A DNA stretch of 64,000 nucleotides. Source: Gordius albopunctatus (lineage: Eukaryota). A program made the translations under genes and the position numbers. The DNA is taken from contig OZ193909.1 of assembly GCA_964276515.1 (NCBI GenBank), positions 2,232,001 through 2,296,000 on the forward strand, in the 5' to 3' direction. The notes below the pieces were generated by a model. That model saw only the letters and a program-made list of their open reading frames with translations, did no database searches and had not been told where the DNA came from. Below, one piece after another: positions 25,059 to 38,000 of this stretch. How positions within the stretch are numbered: the stretch's first letter is position 1; each line of letters begins with the position of its first letter.

Positions 25059-25782
25059 TCTTATATATTTATAAAAATGAAACTATGTGTGTATGTATGT
25101 GTGTATGCCGTCACCAATTTTGGAAAACTACCAGACCGATTTGGCTCAAAGTTTCACAGTTTATTCCCCACACTCCGGAGCATGTTTTAAAATTTGTTCG
25201 AGCCAAATCGGTCCAGTAGTTTTCAAGTTAGTTTGTTTTATACGTTTTGACGCTTAATAAAATACTAATCAAACGCAACCTCATGACGTACTGCGTATCT
25301 ATCGTGTTCTTTGAAAATTTGAATATACAGTTCTGTAATACAAGTGTATCACTTATAGTATTTTATAGACCATCATGCCTGTAGGTAGTGCAGTGTGATA
25401 AATGTAGGCATTTGCTGCAGATAATGGAAACTTTTTACGATTTAAAACATTAAATCAAAGTCATTTTTTTGCTTATTTTTCACGTCAATTGTTATTATAG
25501 GACAGTCGTGTCCCTTCCTGCGTGGCTAAATAAATTTAAAAAATCTGATTTCATCATTTTTTGCGCGTTAAATAAGGAGAAAAATGAAAATACTTTTAAC
25601 AAAGTACCAATAAATGTTGATATATCTCAGTTCTTCAGACATTATTAAGTTCAGAATTAAAAGTTTTATTAAGAAACAAATAATTATAATTATATTTTTC
25701 CTTCAATAACCGCTTCATCATCTTATATGCCCTAAAATTCCAACATAATTTAATACACCCGACGCTTGCCAGGTTCATCTAG
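25059..25782 (+). mobile_element. Non-autonomous Helitron
   Basis: 5' TC (tcttatata...aaaatgaaac), 3' CTAG followed by T, inserted at A|T. Colinear with 49287-51500 but lacks the hAT insertion. Confidence 0.8.
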
Positions 25783-28550
25783 TATATTATATAAAAAAAT
25801 CAATGTGTCCGAATGTTGTTATGGCGCCCGCCCGAAAATATAAATTAAAGGCAATTGCCCAGCCCACCCTGACAACCCCGGGGCCAGGTTTGGGTAGTGG
25901 CCGGGCTTTTCTGGTCCCTTCTGTCTAGATCATGTGGAAGGGGACGGTGAGATGCTCAGACAACGGCATAGAGGAGTTATTAATCGGTGGGTTTTTCTCA
26001 TCCTGCTATCTTGGCAGCGATAATCCTTAATCGATGCATAATTAACACCACAACCCAGGGTCACCTTTGCCGTCCTCACATTTTGTCATTGACTCTTTCC
26101 TAGCCTTAGGCACCCCTTTTTACGGTTGAAGGGGCCCTTTCTTTGAGTCGTAACCTGCGCAGCCTATGCGAACGAAGGCCCTCATAGTTTATGACAATTT
26201 GAATTAATATAGTAATAACTCCTTAATTCAAAACGGCAATCGTTTTTTTGCATTCAGTTAAGCGATCAAACAACACATTAATTGCATCATAGCAATCAAT
26301 GGTGTGTTATTACTTTTAAGTTACTGCAGCGCACTTTGTAAAAAATAAGGAGCAAAGTTTGTGTTGTTGAAAGCGATACTTTCAAAATAGAATAAGGGGG
26401 GTAGCTCCAAATAGAAAATATGCGTCTTCAAAGGTTGTAAAGAGGATGTGGGCGCGGGCAGGTTTTGGATTAGGGGGGGGGGGGGGGCAAAACATAAATT
26501 TCTTTAATTTTTAAGGGTTTTTGCATTTAAATTTTTTTGGCATTTAGAGGGGGGGGGGGGGCTATACCCATGAAAAAGGATTAAAGTTGTATAAGATGAA
26601 AGATAATTTGGAATTGAAGTTTCAAATAAATGATATGAGAGCAAACATTGACTGATAAAATTGTGACACTGCTGAGGGTAATAAGCTATTTCAATGCAGA
26701 GGTCAATTTTGAGTAACATTTTGCTAATTTCCTGGAAAATTTAATAACATAACTTAACATTATGATAGCTTATTCAATCTTTCTAACATAATTTAAAGGG
26801 CATCATAATATATAAAGGCTTTTCATTAAGATAATAAGCCTATGCCTTCCAAAGTGCCAGCTAATCACAATTTTAACACTAATCCCCAACAAGTATAATG
26901 ACAGTTGTTACTCCTTATTGCATTACAATTTTGAGCAATATTTATTCCTCAAATCATAAAATGGCTACTTAAAAATTATTATATAATATAGCATACCATC
27001 ATCTCCTTTTAAAGCTTTAATAAGAACTGTGAGTATTTTAATGCTTTAAAACATTGTAATTTTGCAGCTTATAATATAATTAATAATATATGATAAAATT
27101 GCGTAAAAACTCTGCTTTGATATAAAGAATAAAATACATTTATAATATACAACATTAGGAGAGTGGTCCTAATTCTTTTATACATGCTGCATTTTCAAAT
27201 AGACATAATAGATACAAAAAAGGAAAGAAATATTCATTAAAAATAATTGACCTTTAATTTTATAAAAAAGCAACAAAATTATAATATAGAAAACAAAACT
27301 TTGTTTTATTAAAAATTGTTTTAATAAAAAAAATTTATGAGCCTTTTATTGAGAATTTCATCACAAAATTAATCTAGACTCGATGAATGTGTAAAATCTG
27401 CATGCTAAAGAGACTTTGTGGATATACATTTAGGTAACTACACAGTATATATTTTGCAAACTTTAATAAAAAGACAACAAAGTTTTAAATTCAAATTAAA
27501 TTTGTAAATATTATTTTAATTATTGATATAAGCAATTACTTTTAGTTTAGTTTCTTTTTTGGCGCTAGCCTAAAAATACTAAATCCTCCCCGTCTATTAC
27601 TCAAAAATGTAAATGAGTTATATAGGTTGGTGAATAATCTTTTAGCAATATTAAAAAATTGTGAAGCAGATTTTACTAATAATCTAATCAACAACTTAAT
27701 ATTTTGAAATTTATTATACTAGCTTATATACTATCGAACGTTTCTTCTCTTACATACAAAATATGCACCTAGAAGGATATTGTAATATTTACAAATTGAA
27801 TTTAGGTACCAAAAGCTTAAACAAATAACATGCCCCTCAACTCATTACAAATTTATAATACTTCCATTTTAATTAACATGTTATTTCCAAAACGCAAAGA
27901 TAATGTTATATCACGTATTTAAATGCCCTGGAGCAAATATCTACTATGTAATTCCCTTCCTTATTATCTTTATTTATATATTTAAATCAAGCAAATTTAA
28001 AGTATTTTTTATAAAATAGGAAAAATATGGAAGGTAGTTTGTTCGATACAAGCACCAATCCTCTATTAGACATAAAACTATCTTAACTTTAATTTGCCAT
28101 ATAGTTGGTTTTTTAGAGCAATTTTAACTTTTTACGTGAGCAAATTACCATATTGAAATAATTAATTGCAAATGTAATAATGCATTGACAATAATCTTGG
28201 CGTAATTAATGTTTATAATATAAAAATAAAGAATCTTTTAAATTTAAATAATTTTATGCTTCCTTGTTTTTCATTTCTATACCATGTATTAAAAGTTAAA
28301 AATTCCTCCGATTTTTTAATATATCGCATTAAAATTTTTAAAAGGTTCAGGAGTATTAATCAAGGTCATCATCACATAGATTATGTTACTAAAATATTAT
28401 ATAATATAATATAAGCAAATTTCCAGTAGTTCAACAAATATTTAACGCGAAGTTAAAATATCACTTTAAATCCTAAAGAAAGTTGAGACCCACTTTCAAA
28501 TGTTTCTGCCAATGTTCTTCCACAAACAGGTTCGATTAAAAGAAAGTTTC

Positions 28551-29780
28551 TTGCCTGTTAGGCCCGAAATTTTGCGATCTCAAATTCTTTCAACCACTAT
28601 TAAAAAATAAGCATTTAATTAATGGCATATTGAATAAAACAAATATACCAATATTTAATTATCCCGGACAAAATCTAATTTCCTATATTATTTCTTTTGA
28701 TCATTAATTTTTATCCTAATTAGTCAAAAAAGTTTAGTATTTGGTACTTCTAAAATATTTAACCAGAGTTTTTTAAAATATTGTTATCACTGGCAAAACC
28801 GCTATAGATCACAATTTTAATATATTAATTTCTAAAGCATTTAGGTACAAATATTTTAGAGCATTTACAAATCATATAAAAGCAAAATATTAATTAAATG
28901 CAGCCGATGTCCATGAAAATATTTATGCAGCAATTTTTAATTAAGTTTAAAGTATACATATTTTTTAAATAATCTTACGATAAACAAAATTATACCCCCC
29001 TTTTGAGTGTTTAAGCCCCTACCCTATAAAAAGTTCTTAATGAATAAAATTAGTTCAATTAGTCAATCTGTGCTCTTAGAACTTACTTTTTTTATAAAAA
29101 AACAATAATTTATCAATAGAATTTAAATGTAATTTATCAAAACATTTTTTAATTTAAATGTAATTAATGGAAAAAAAGGTATAGAAATTTATTATTGTAA
29201 AAATAGGTAATAGCTTAGCGATAGCAAAACGGAGTAATAAAGGTGAATTGAGGAAGCTTTGTTCCAAATAGGATTTGTTTAAAAAAATTAAATGATATTA
29301 GAATGAAATTTAACACTTGCATGCATTGTGTCAATTTGAAAGAGATACATAAATAAAAATAATTCAATCCTTTCCATAAACGTAGCTAGAGAGAAGGACT
29401 TGATGGAAATAGACTGGTTCGGGCAAAAATTATAGAAATAACTTGGGGACGGATGCCTCAAGTTTCTTAACTCTTTTAACATTTTCATATACAATCAAAT
29501 AAAAAAGTAACCAAATAATACATTATCTAAAGAATTTCATTAAGCCCGAATCCTATCATCGTGCCCGCCCAAAAATCAAAAATTTAGAACATTTGTCCGA
29601 CCCGCAGGTTCGGGCACCGGGCCGAGCCGGGCAATCTGGTCTATGTACCAGACTGCCCCGGGAAATATATAACTAAGCGATTTTTATACTGTTCCTCATT
29701 CTACATAATATTAATACTTTTAATCATTTATCATATTTATCTAAATTTTCTCCTAGAACCCATCAAGCCTTTTATAACTA
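28551..29780 (+). repeat. ~1.2-kb block duplicated at 62377-63796 (partial hAT-type element plus shared 3' flank)
   Basis: Near-identical sequence by direct comparison. ORF-track translations at 29288-29494 and 63355-63561 differ at only 2 of 68 residues. Confidence 0.9.
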
Positions 29781-31231
29781 AATTGCCTGCCAAGGCCAGC
29801 CAAAACCCGTTAATTGCCCAATTCAATAATGCTGTCCGAACAGCCGGGCTTTCAAGAATCAATTTTGTCCTATTTTCAAACATTTTTGATCTAAGTCTAT
29901 AATTTTTATAAATAGAAAGGCGACAAAAAATCGCAAACTATTTAAAAAATCTCATTATGGTGCCCGCCCAGGCCTACTTAAAAATCTCAATTTAGAACGT
30001 TAACCTGCTCGATCCCTTAGCCGAGTGGGCCCAATAGCGAACTAGACTTTTTGGTTTTTTAATTTTTATTTTTAATTACAAATAAAATGTAAATAATTTT
30101 TTTGCCAACTTCGAATTACATTAATAATGTGTGTTTATTAACGTTGGATGATTTGACATTAAATACAAAGATGTTGAAGATGATTTTAATCGACCAATCA
30201 TGATCAAACCAAAGATATTTTGGTCTGTTTTCTTAGTCTACCTCTAGGCTTAGTCGAAACTTGAAAAACAGACCAGAAGCTATCGTTAATCTTAGGAAAA
30301 CCAAAGGTAGACCAAACAAAACCCAGCCGTTTTTACAACACTACACAGAACCCTGCTCCCTCCACCATTACTTGGTTATGTCCTCTTCGTGAATACTTTC
30401 TACCCACCTCCCCCGATTCTTTATAGGATGCGCTTTATTACCATGATACATGATACTCTGGACTATAAGGGAATGATGTAGAATTCATCGCCGTTTGGGT
30501 TTGAGATCAAGATAGATTTTTATTTATAAGTTCTTCAATCGGAATAAAAGCGAATTAGAATGATAGATATGAAATTGAAACAGGGCCTTTCCTGGGCGTA
30601 GCCAGCATTGGGATTAAAGGGGGGCAATAATGATTTTGGAAGGGACAATAATGATTTAGGGAGGGGCAAAATGATCATTATTTAAAATTTTAGCCATAAT
30701 TTTAAAAAATTGAACAAATATTTGGATTTAAAGGGGGGCAGTCGCCCCCCCCCCTTGGTTAAGCTCTGGGGCCTTTTGTTATATATATAAGTAAACTTCT
30801 TTTAAGTTCTAATAACATCATAGATTTAGGTTAGCCGATCAGTAAATCACCAAAAGATTTGATGTTTGAATGTTTAATATTGATGTTACATGGGCGTAGT
30901 CATGATTGAGACCAAGGAGGGAGTCGATACTATTTAGGCAGGAGCAGAATGATAATTTTTTGAAATTTAAGAATTTTAAATCCCCCTTCCAGCCTCCCCC
31001 TGGCTACGCCTATGCATATTGAAATACTCAATTCTTCCGGCCACAAAATTAGTCTATAGTGAAGAACGGGTGAGAACGAATTTGCCTGGGGGAGGGCGTT
31101 AACCTAACTTTTGTTGTCTATAAAAGTTGATCCCGATTTAACACTTCTTCTTTTCCTCCGCGCAATACTCTTCCCTTTCGTCAAAAACTACCATTTTCAG
31201 GCTGAATACGCCCTTCGGACATAACATTACT

Positions 31232-32840
31232 CTTTTATACTTAGTATAAACAAAGCATATTTGCTATGCAATTTATGTTGGAATCGTCATAATTGCATAA
31301 CAAATAATATGACTGGTAAAAGCTATAGTTCATGCCCGACTTTACTCAATCTATACCTACAAAGTTTTACCTATAACCTAGCCGCTCGACGAAAGGTATT
31401 CGGGTCGGATCGGGTCACCCGTGCAGTTCTCTACAAGGTACATAATCAATTTTATTTATTTCATTCCCATTGACAACTTAAAAACCTTGGCCACAAATTA
31501 ATTTTTCTTATTAAGTTCTCAGCAAACGATCACCGCCAATTTACCATTTTATTGAGACATACCAAGAGTTATTACATAAATATATGTATATTATGGGTGC
31601 AATTTTTTTATATCACAACTCAGTTTTTTTCTTAATTGTAGAAATTATTTGGCTAAGAGAAGGACAGTTGCCTTTTCAGCATTTATAGTAATTTATCACT
31701 TAATACCAATTGAAAGGAGGTAACAGTTGAATATTCAAGAGCTTATTATTTTTTCTTCATTAAAAATACAAAATTGCAAATTATGGTTACGAGATAATTT
31801 AAATGTTTAATAAGTATATATTTACAAACATATATAGTAGTAAGGAAAAAAGAATTCATTATAATATATTATTATGGAGAGTAAAGGAAAAAAAAATAAA
31901 TTGAATTCATAATAATAATGGGCTTGCGACAAAACAAGCAGCGACATGCAAAAGCTCCGCTATTTCCTGTTACGACCGCGTTTCACAAAATGTCACAATG
32001 AGCAACGACATGCAATAGCTCCGCTATTATGTCACAAATATCGTAAGTATTACTCAAAAAACTTACAGCTGTTAAATTGAAACTTTTTAAACCACACTTT
32101 CGCCAATGGTCATTTTTTCATTAGTCAACAGGCAGCGGACGGCCAAAAAGTCATATTATCAATGGTATTAACAAAAACAATATATTAATTTGAAAAAAAA
32201 ATAAAATTTTTTTGACCTATCCGGGATTCTAACCCCACATCTGGAGAGGCATAAGCCTTTGCAAGGGGGAGGGCACAGGGACCCATATCAGTAGAGGCAT
32301 AGGCCCTTCTAGGGGAGGGCATAGGGTAATTATCAATGTTAGTCAAAAAAACGAGAAAAAAAATTCGATTCATACTTTGGCCAATGATCATTTTTTCCAT
32401 TGGTCAGCAGCCAGCGGACGGCCAATAAGCCATATTATCTATGGTATTAACAGGAACAATATATTTTTTAAATTAAAAAAGAAAAAAAAATTGTCCTCTC
32501 CGGGATTCGAACCCCACATCTGGAGAGGCATAAGCCTTTGGTACGGTTGGGAGGGGGCACAGGGACCCATATCAATAGAGGCATAAGCCTGTGTGAGATT
32601 CGGACATGACGGTGCGTGACATCGGAAAATGGAAAGTGAGCCCATATTGCATAGCAATTAAAACCTCGTACAATCAACATCTACAAAATGAAGACATTAA
32701 ATCCTAACGAAAAAAAGCTCTTCACCCTTAAAACATACCGTGGATGTGTTACCCGGGTATCGAACCAGCAATTCAGATACATGTTCGACGGACGGACGGA
32801 CAACAAAAAGCGAGCCCATCAATTGCATAGCAATTAATAT
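31232..32840 (-). mobile_element. Helentron/DINE-1-like non-autonomous element (HINE) with hairpin repeat units
   Basis: Subterminal inverted repeats ttgctatgcaatt (31261) and aattgcatagcaa (32821). (gacg)n microsatellite at ~32787 and terminal hairpin tttatact-t-agtataaa at ~31234. Internal units are shared with 57590-58800. Confidence 0.55.
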
Positions 32841-35043
32841 ATTATGTTTCTAGGTTTTTATAAGTGCCCTAAAGTCTTTGATGTAACTAAACTATTTTAT
32901 TTTAACCCATTTAATATAGTTATTAATCAAAAAACTTTTCAATATTTTGCCGGGGGTCCCCCCTCCCTTTATTTACGCCACTGTTATCACCTAGTTAGGT
33001 TGACAAATTTTTATTTTTGAATTTATATTTTACAGCCGGGTGTTAATATTAAAAATCACACTCAACCATTATTATAATAAATCCAGTACAATTAAAAACT
33101 ATATTATTTATATTCAAAGTCACTTAATGATCATCAAATTTAAAATATCAAATCATATACTTTATCACCCACCCCAAAACACCTAAACTTATCCAAGGGT
33201 CGAGTGATAAAAATAGATGAAAAACCGTTAATCTATTATAAAAATTGTGACTAGCCTAGTCTATTTTACAAATTTCGATCAGAAAAACTGACCCAAAGTC
33301 TTTGGTCGTTTTTTAAAAATAGACTAAGACCGAACCTTAGCACAACTTGGTCTTTAACCCTTTCTTTTTTACTCACCAACTTAGGAAAGATAAAACCTTA
33401 ATCTACATGAGTATATTACTAATAGCCTCCTCAAAAAGGGCATTTTTAGCACTTTCAACCTCGTATATCTAAAAAACTGGTGCTTGTAGAAAAAACTAAA
33501 AACATATTATTTTTCAGCACAAAATTCTCGATCAGAATCATTGGTCAGATTGCGGGATGTTTTTTTGTAGACCTGTGTAATTTAATAAAAAGACGTTTTG
33601 TAATTTTTAAAAAAGCAAGCTAGAAACCTTAAAAATCTTTTTACTTATTTTTTAAAGGCAGAGTATCTTTATTTTTAAGTTTTATTATAATAAAGTCGTT
33701 ATTTACTTGATTTCGGTCGGCAAAATATAAAACTGATATTGAAAACATTAGGGGGTATTTATTATATAAACGGGACTATACCTCCAATCGGCATAACATA
33801 TTTCTTCTGGCATTCTCTTCCTAAAAGATTTCGACCGTATCTAGTTTGGCCCTTTCAAGTTATTCACTTTAAAGATACCGTCATTACAACCTGTCTTCTC
33901 CCTTCAAATATATCTTTAAGATAGTTTACTAGGCAATGACTCGCTACGAGAGCCTTATTTGCATCTCGCTTTGCCTCCCCATATACAACTATTTGAAGAA
34001 AGTTAGCATTTTAACAACTCTATATACAACATACTTGTGAATCCACCAAAATATAAATATTTATCATATAATATACGCACATATATGGCACCGAATTTGC
34101 CCTTTATTACGCTTTATTGCTATGCAATTCCAACGACACCTAAGAAAAGTTTGCTAGTACAAAGGTATACGCTCCCTTTCATTCATCTACTAACTGCCCT
34201 GGGCCGTGTTTAATCCACACTACACTATCAGTTCCCACTCCCAATTAATATTTTCATGCATTGAGAGGTAATTATTAAAAATAAAGCAACTAAATCAATA
34301 CACGAGACAAGTTATAAGACGCGTACGTGCTAAAACGCGAGTTCACGCGTTTGAGTTTAGCTGACAGATATAGATTGTCAATGGTTGTTGGGCCAAAATA
34401 TTTATCCTTTCCTCCAATCTCTAAATAAGCTGCTCGTCATCCTCCCTCCTCACAAGTGCTTAGCAAATTGAGGTGCTTCGCAGAAAAATTAATAAGAAAC
34501 GCATGAGTATAAAAACCGAGCTCACTCCGGGGGCTAAGGCCCAAGCGTCCAAAGTACTGATTTTCCATATTACACTTACGTCTCAAAACCAAGATTAACT
34601 TTATATAAACTAATCCATAGCTGAATAAACATCTTCATTTTAATTATAAAAGCCTATCAACATTTAATCGATAAAGGATAATTACTCTTGATAAGGTTAA
34701 AGTAATCGAAACCATAAATTTAAAATTTATTTGAAAAGAAATTTAAAATTTTTTAACTATATGATATAAATGACTATAAGAGGCCATTTAAAGTATAAAA
34801 CTAATAACAAATTAGTAAACTCTTATTTAATAATGCAAAAGTGGAAGCTATTATGAATACAAGTGTATATTTTGAAAGTTAAGTGGTATGCCGCGAAAAT
34901 TCACCATGAATTTGAGAAATATACTGTGGTATGCCTAATGTAAAGAGATATGAGAAAAGGCAGGGGGGACCCTTACTACAATTTGATATATTAATTATAA
35001 AGTAATAATAATTGAAGATTATACAATGAAGAATGCAAAAAGT

Positions 35044-38000
35044 CTAATGACGTTGCTGAGATGTAGGGTTAAAATGCTTGAACCGCTCCAGAGGTTCGCA
35101 ATTTGGAGGTGGACGAGGTAAGTCTCGCCTCATTTGGTATGACATGTTTGGTAAGCCATTTGACGAAACAAAAGGGTAATACATGGAGGCTGTAGCATCG
35201 TTTGAGCAATGATTAGCCGTGTTATACGAAGATGCCGGCAACTGGTTAACAAATATTCCGTTATTCATCTGATCGATTAAAGGAAATTATTGAAAGTTGA
35301 GGTCAACTTGATGAATAATTAGGCAATATAATTTATGTTTTGCATTACCTATTGTATTAATATACAATTATAAAGAAATAAAAACAAAAGTATTAGGGTA
35401 CAACCCTTTCCAATTATTCAAAAACAAAATATACTTAAACTGCTTATAAGAAATTTTGTAGGGTTACTTACTGGCTGTTGAAAGGAGGGAATGGCCGTTA
35501 AATAATTAGGTTGGCGAGCCTGAATGTGACCATTGAAGTTATCACTAGCGCGCTTGGGTGAATTGGTTTCGGCGCTTTTTCTTTTCATTTCCTCACACAC
35601 GTCCTTGTGCACTTCCCAGTGCGCAATTTGACACGGTTTATCACAATACCAAATGCCCACGCAACAGTAGTAAACTGCTTCTTTCAGGCAGGCTACGCAC
35701 TGAAAAAAGGAAAATTATTAGCAATTTATGGAACAAATTAAAAACAAAACTGATATTGGCCAAAGAAGCTTTTAAATTAACAAAGGTATAATGATTGAAA
35801 TATATATCGTAACCTTAAGATCTGATGTTATGTTGCTACACGAGGAGCACATGAATTGTTTTATCATAGAAACAGTGTTATAAAATCGAGAATAATACCC
35901 ATTGCTTTCGCTTAATTTCATCGATCGCCTTCTGGGTCTGCTCTCTTTCAACTTTCATTTCGTTTTGTAATTTATTAATCGTTCCGTAGCATTGTGACAG
36001 CTCATTCTTGTGAGATTGAATTTCATTATTAAAATGATTTTCAAGCTCCTTCATCCTAGTTTCGCGTTGCGCCAACTTCTCCGTGCACAACAAATTGGAT
36101 CTTTCAATTTGGTTGTAAGACATTTCTAATTACATTACCAAGATATATTATTATAAAAAGATCCACAGATTTGCACTAGTAATTAATTCTGCAAATGCAT
36201 ACAAAAAATATATATATTATTAAAAACGTACGATATGACTTTTGCACAGACTCCAATTTTTTGGCATAAAATGCTTTGGCATTTTGCCACAAAACCATGA
36301 GATGATGGTGGTGCTCCTTTAAGCTGATGACATCTTTTATCTCGCCATTTGCCCGTGTCTCGACCACATGGGGAGGCTTCGCAACGGGTAGAGTTTTAAG
36401 ATGGAGCACTGCAGTTGTTGCGTGATTCTGCAATTGTCGAGTCATATCCTTCATAATTTCAACAACCTGTAAAGATACCATTAAAAAAGTATTAACGACA
36501 CAATTGTCAATAAATATGCAAGAATATCAAAACAAATTTTTGGGGCATAATTAAAAGAACGGGGCCGCTAGAATGCATGCTAGAAACGGCGATGTACTTG
36601 TGTTATGAATGGTGAAGTGTCAAATTCTCCTTCGTTACGTTGCGCAGGGTACATGGGAAGGGTTAGGTGGGGTGAGGTAGCAGCCGTCTAAGTAAAATAT
36701 GGTAAATGATTATTTATTGAGGTAATCAAAATAAATGGATCACATACACTAGGTGTTAGTCCTTTCTCAGATACAATCATCGAAGGGGAATTAAGGAGTG
36801 GGGGAATGGCAGATGGGCAGGGTCGATCGGTCAAAAGGGAAGAGTTCAAAGTATCCAAGCAATTTATAGGTCGGGTAGATGCTTTAGGGGAAGAAGAGGA
36901 GTTTATAACAGTAGACCAAACAGTGCTCGGAGATGCTGTTAAAAGGGTGGAAAGGGGAGAGGGCATAGATAATAAATCACACGCCATAGGGTTGGTCAAC
37001 GGTGTAAAGGCTAGGTTTGTTAGGCCAGAGGGTATCGAATTATTTAGTTCGTTGTTTTGGGGTGACTGGGGAGATGTAATCGTAGAAGTAGAGGCGTACG
37101 GTGTGCTATAATGTAAGGTTACGACAATTGCGGTAGTTGGAGGCGGTGTGTCGCCACAGGCGTCAATTGCGCTGGTAATTTCGGGGGTTGGACCTAAAAT
37201 TTTATTTAATATAGACCCTGTTATTTGGCTCGCCATTAAAGCTGAATTATCGATCAAAGGAGATTGTCGTGTAGAATCCGGTATCCCTTGGTCCGTGGAA
37301 ATAGATATGGGCTGAGTGAGACTGGGTACCGCGTTTTGGCAAGCGCCGACTATAGAAGACGGTGTGCTAGGAAGGAAAAATTTTGTCGGCTCAGACGCTA
37401 GAGTACAGAGCTGAGAAACGTTGATCGCGCTGTTCGAGTTTGATATGGAAAGAGAGCCAGAGGAGAAAATAGACAAAGCCCGATTGAGTCCCAGCTTAAT
37501 ACTCTGAGCCTCTGTATTGGTCAGGCTTTTCTCCTTACCCCGAGTTATGTTGGGGGAAGGGGTGGAATGCCGATCTACACTATTGCAGGTATTCAATTCA
37601 ACGATCGTCGTTAAAACTGTGGGCTCTTGTTTGATAGTCACAATGGTGGAGGTGAGGGTATCAATAGTGACGGGGGCTGTTGGAGCAACACTCATCACTG
37701 CTATGTCAGATAGTAGGGGAGATAGTGTAGTGGATACGTAGGTGTTTGTGTTGAAATGTGGAATACCCTCATGCGCGCAAGAGGTTGGGTGTTGAATGTT
37801 AACGAGAGGAACATATGAAATGGGCAACATGGTTGACGACGTAGTAAAACACGTGGAGGCTGCTGACGTTTCATGGCATCCAGTTACTTGAACCAGACCC
37901 GGTTCAAGTTTTGGAGCAGTGACGGGGGGAAAAGATTGATTAGATTCGTTTAATACGGGTTTGGCAGCAGATTGTGTCGACGTTGAGGTATTACACAAGA

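Noticed and set aside
26600..27720. Possible decayed hAT dimerisation-domain fragments on the minus strand (e.g. LLVKSASQFFNI near 27670)
   Set aside because: Too short and degenerate to support without a profile search.
29288..29494. Conserved 68-aa ORF also present at 63355-63561
   Set aside because: The similarity is explained by recent DNA duplication of a non-autonomous element. There is no ATG start or recognisable domain.
36806..37741. Plus-strand ORFs 36806-37111 and 37517-37741 (also 39651, 40021, 40581, 41863)
   Set aside because: They are antisense shadows of ZMYND8-like exons.
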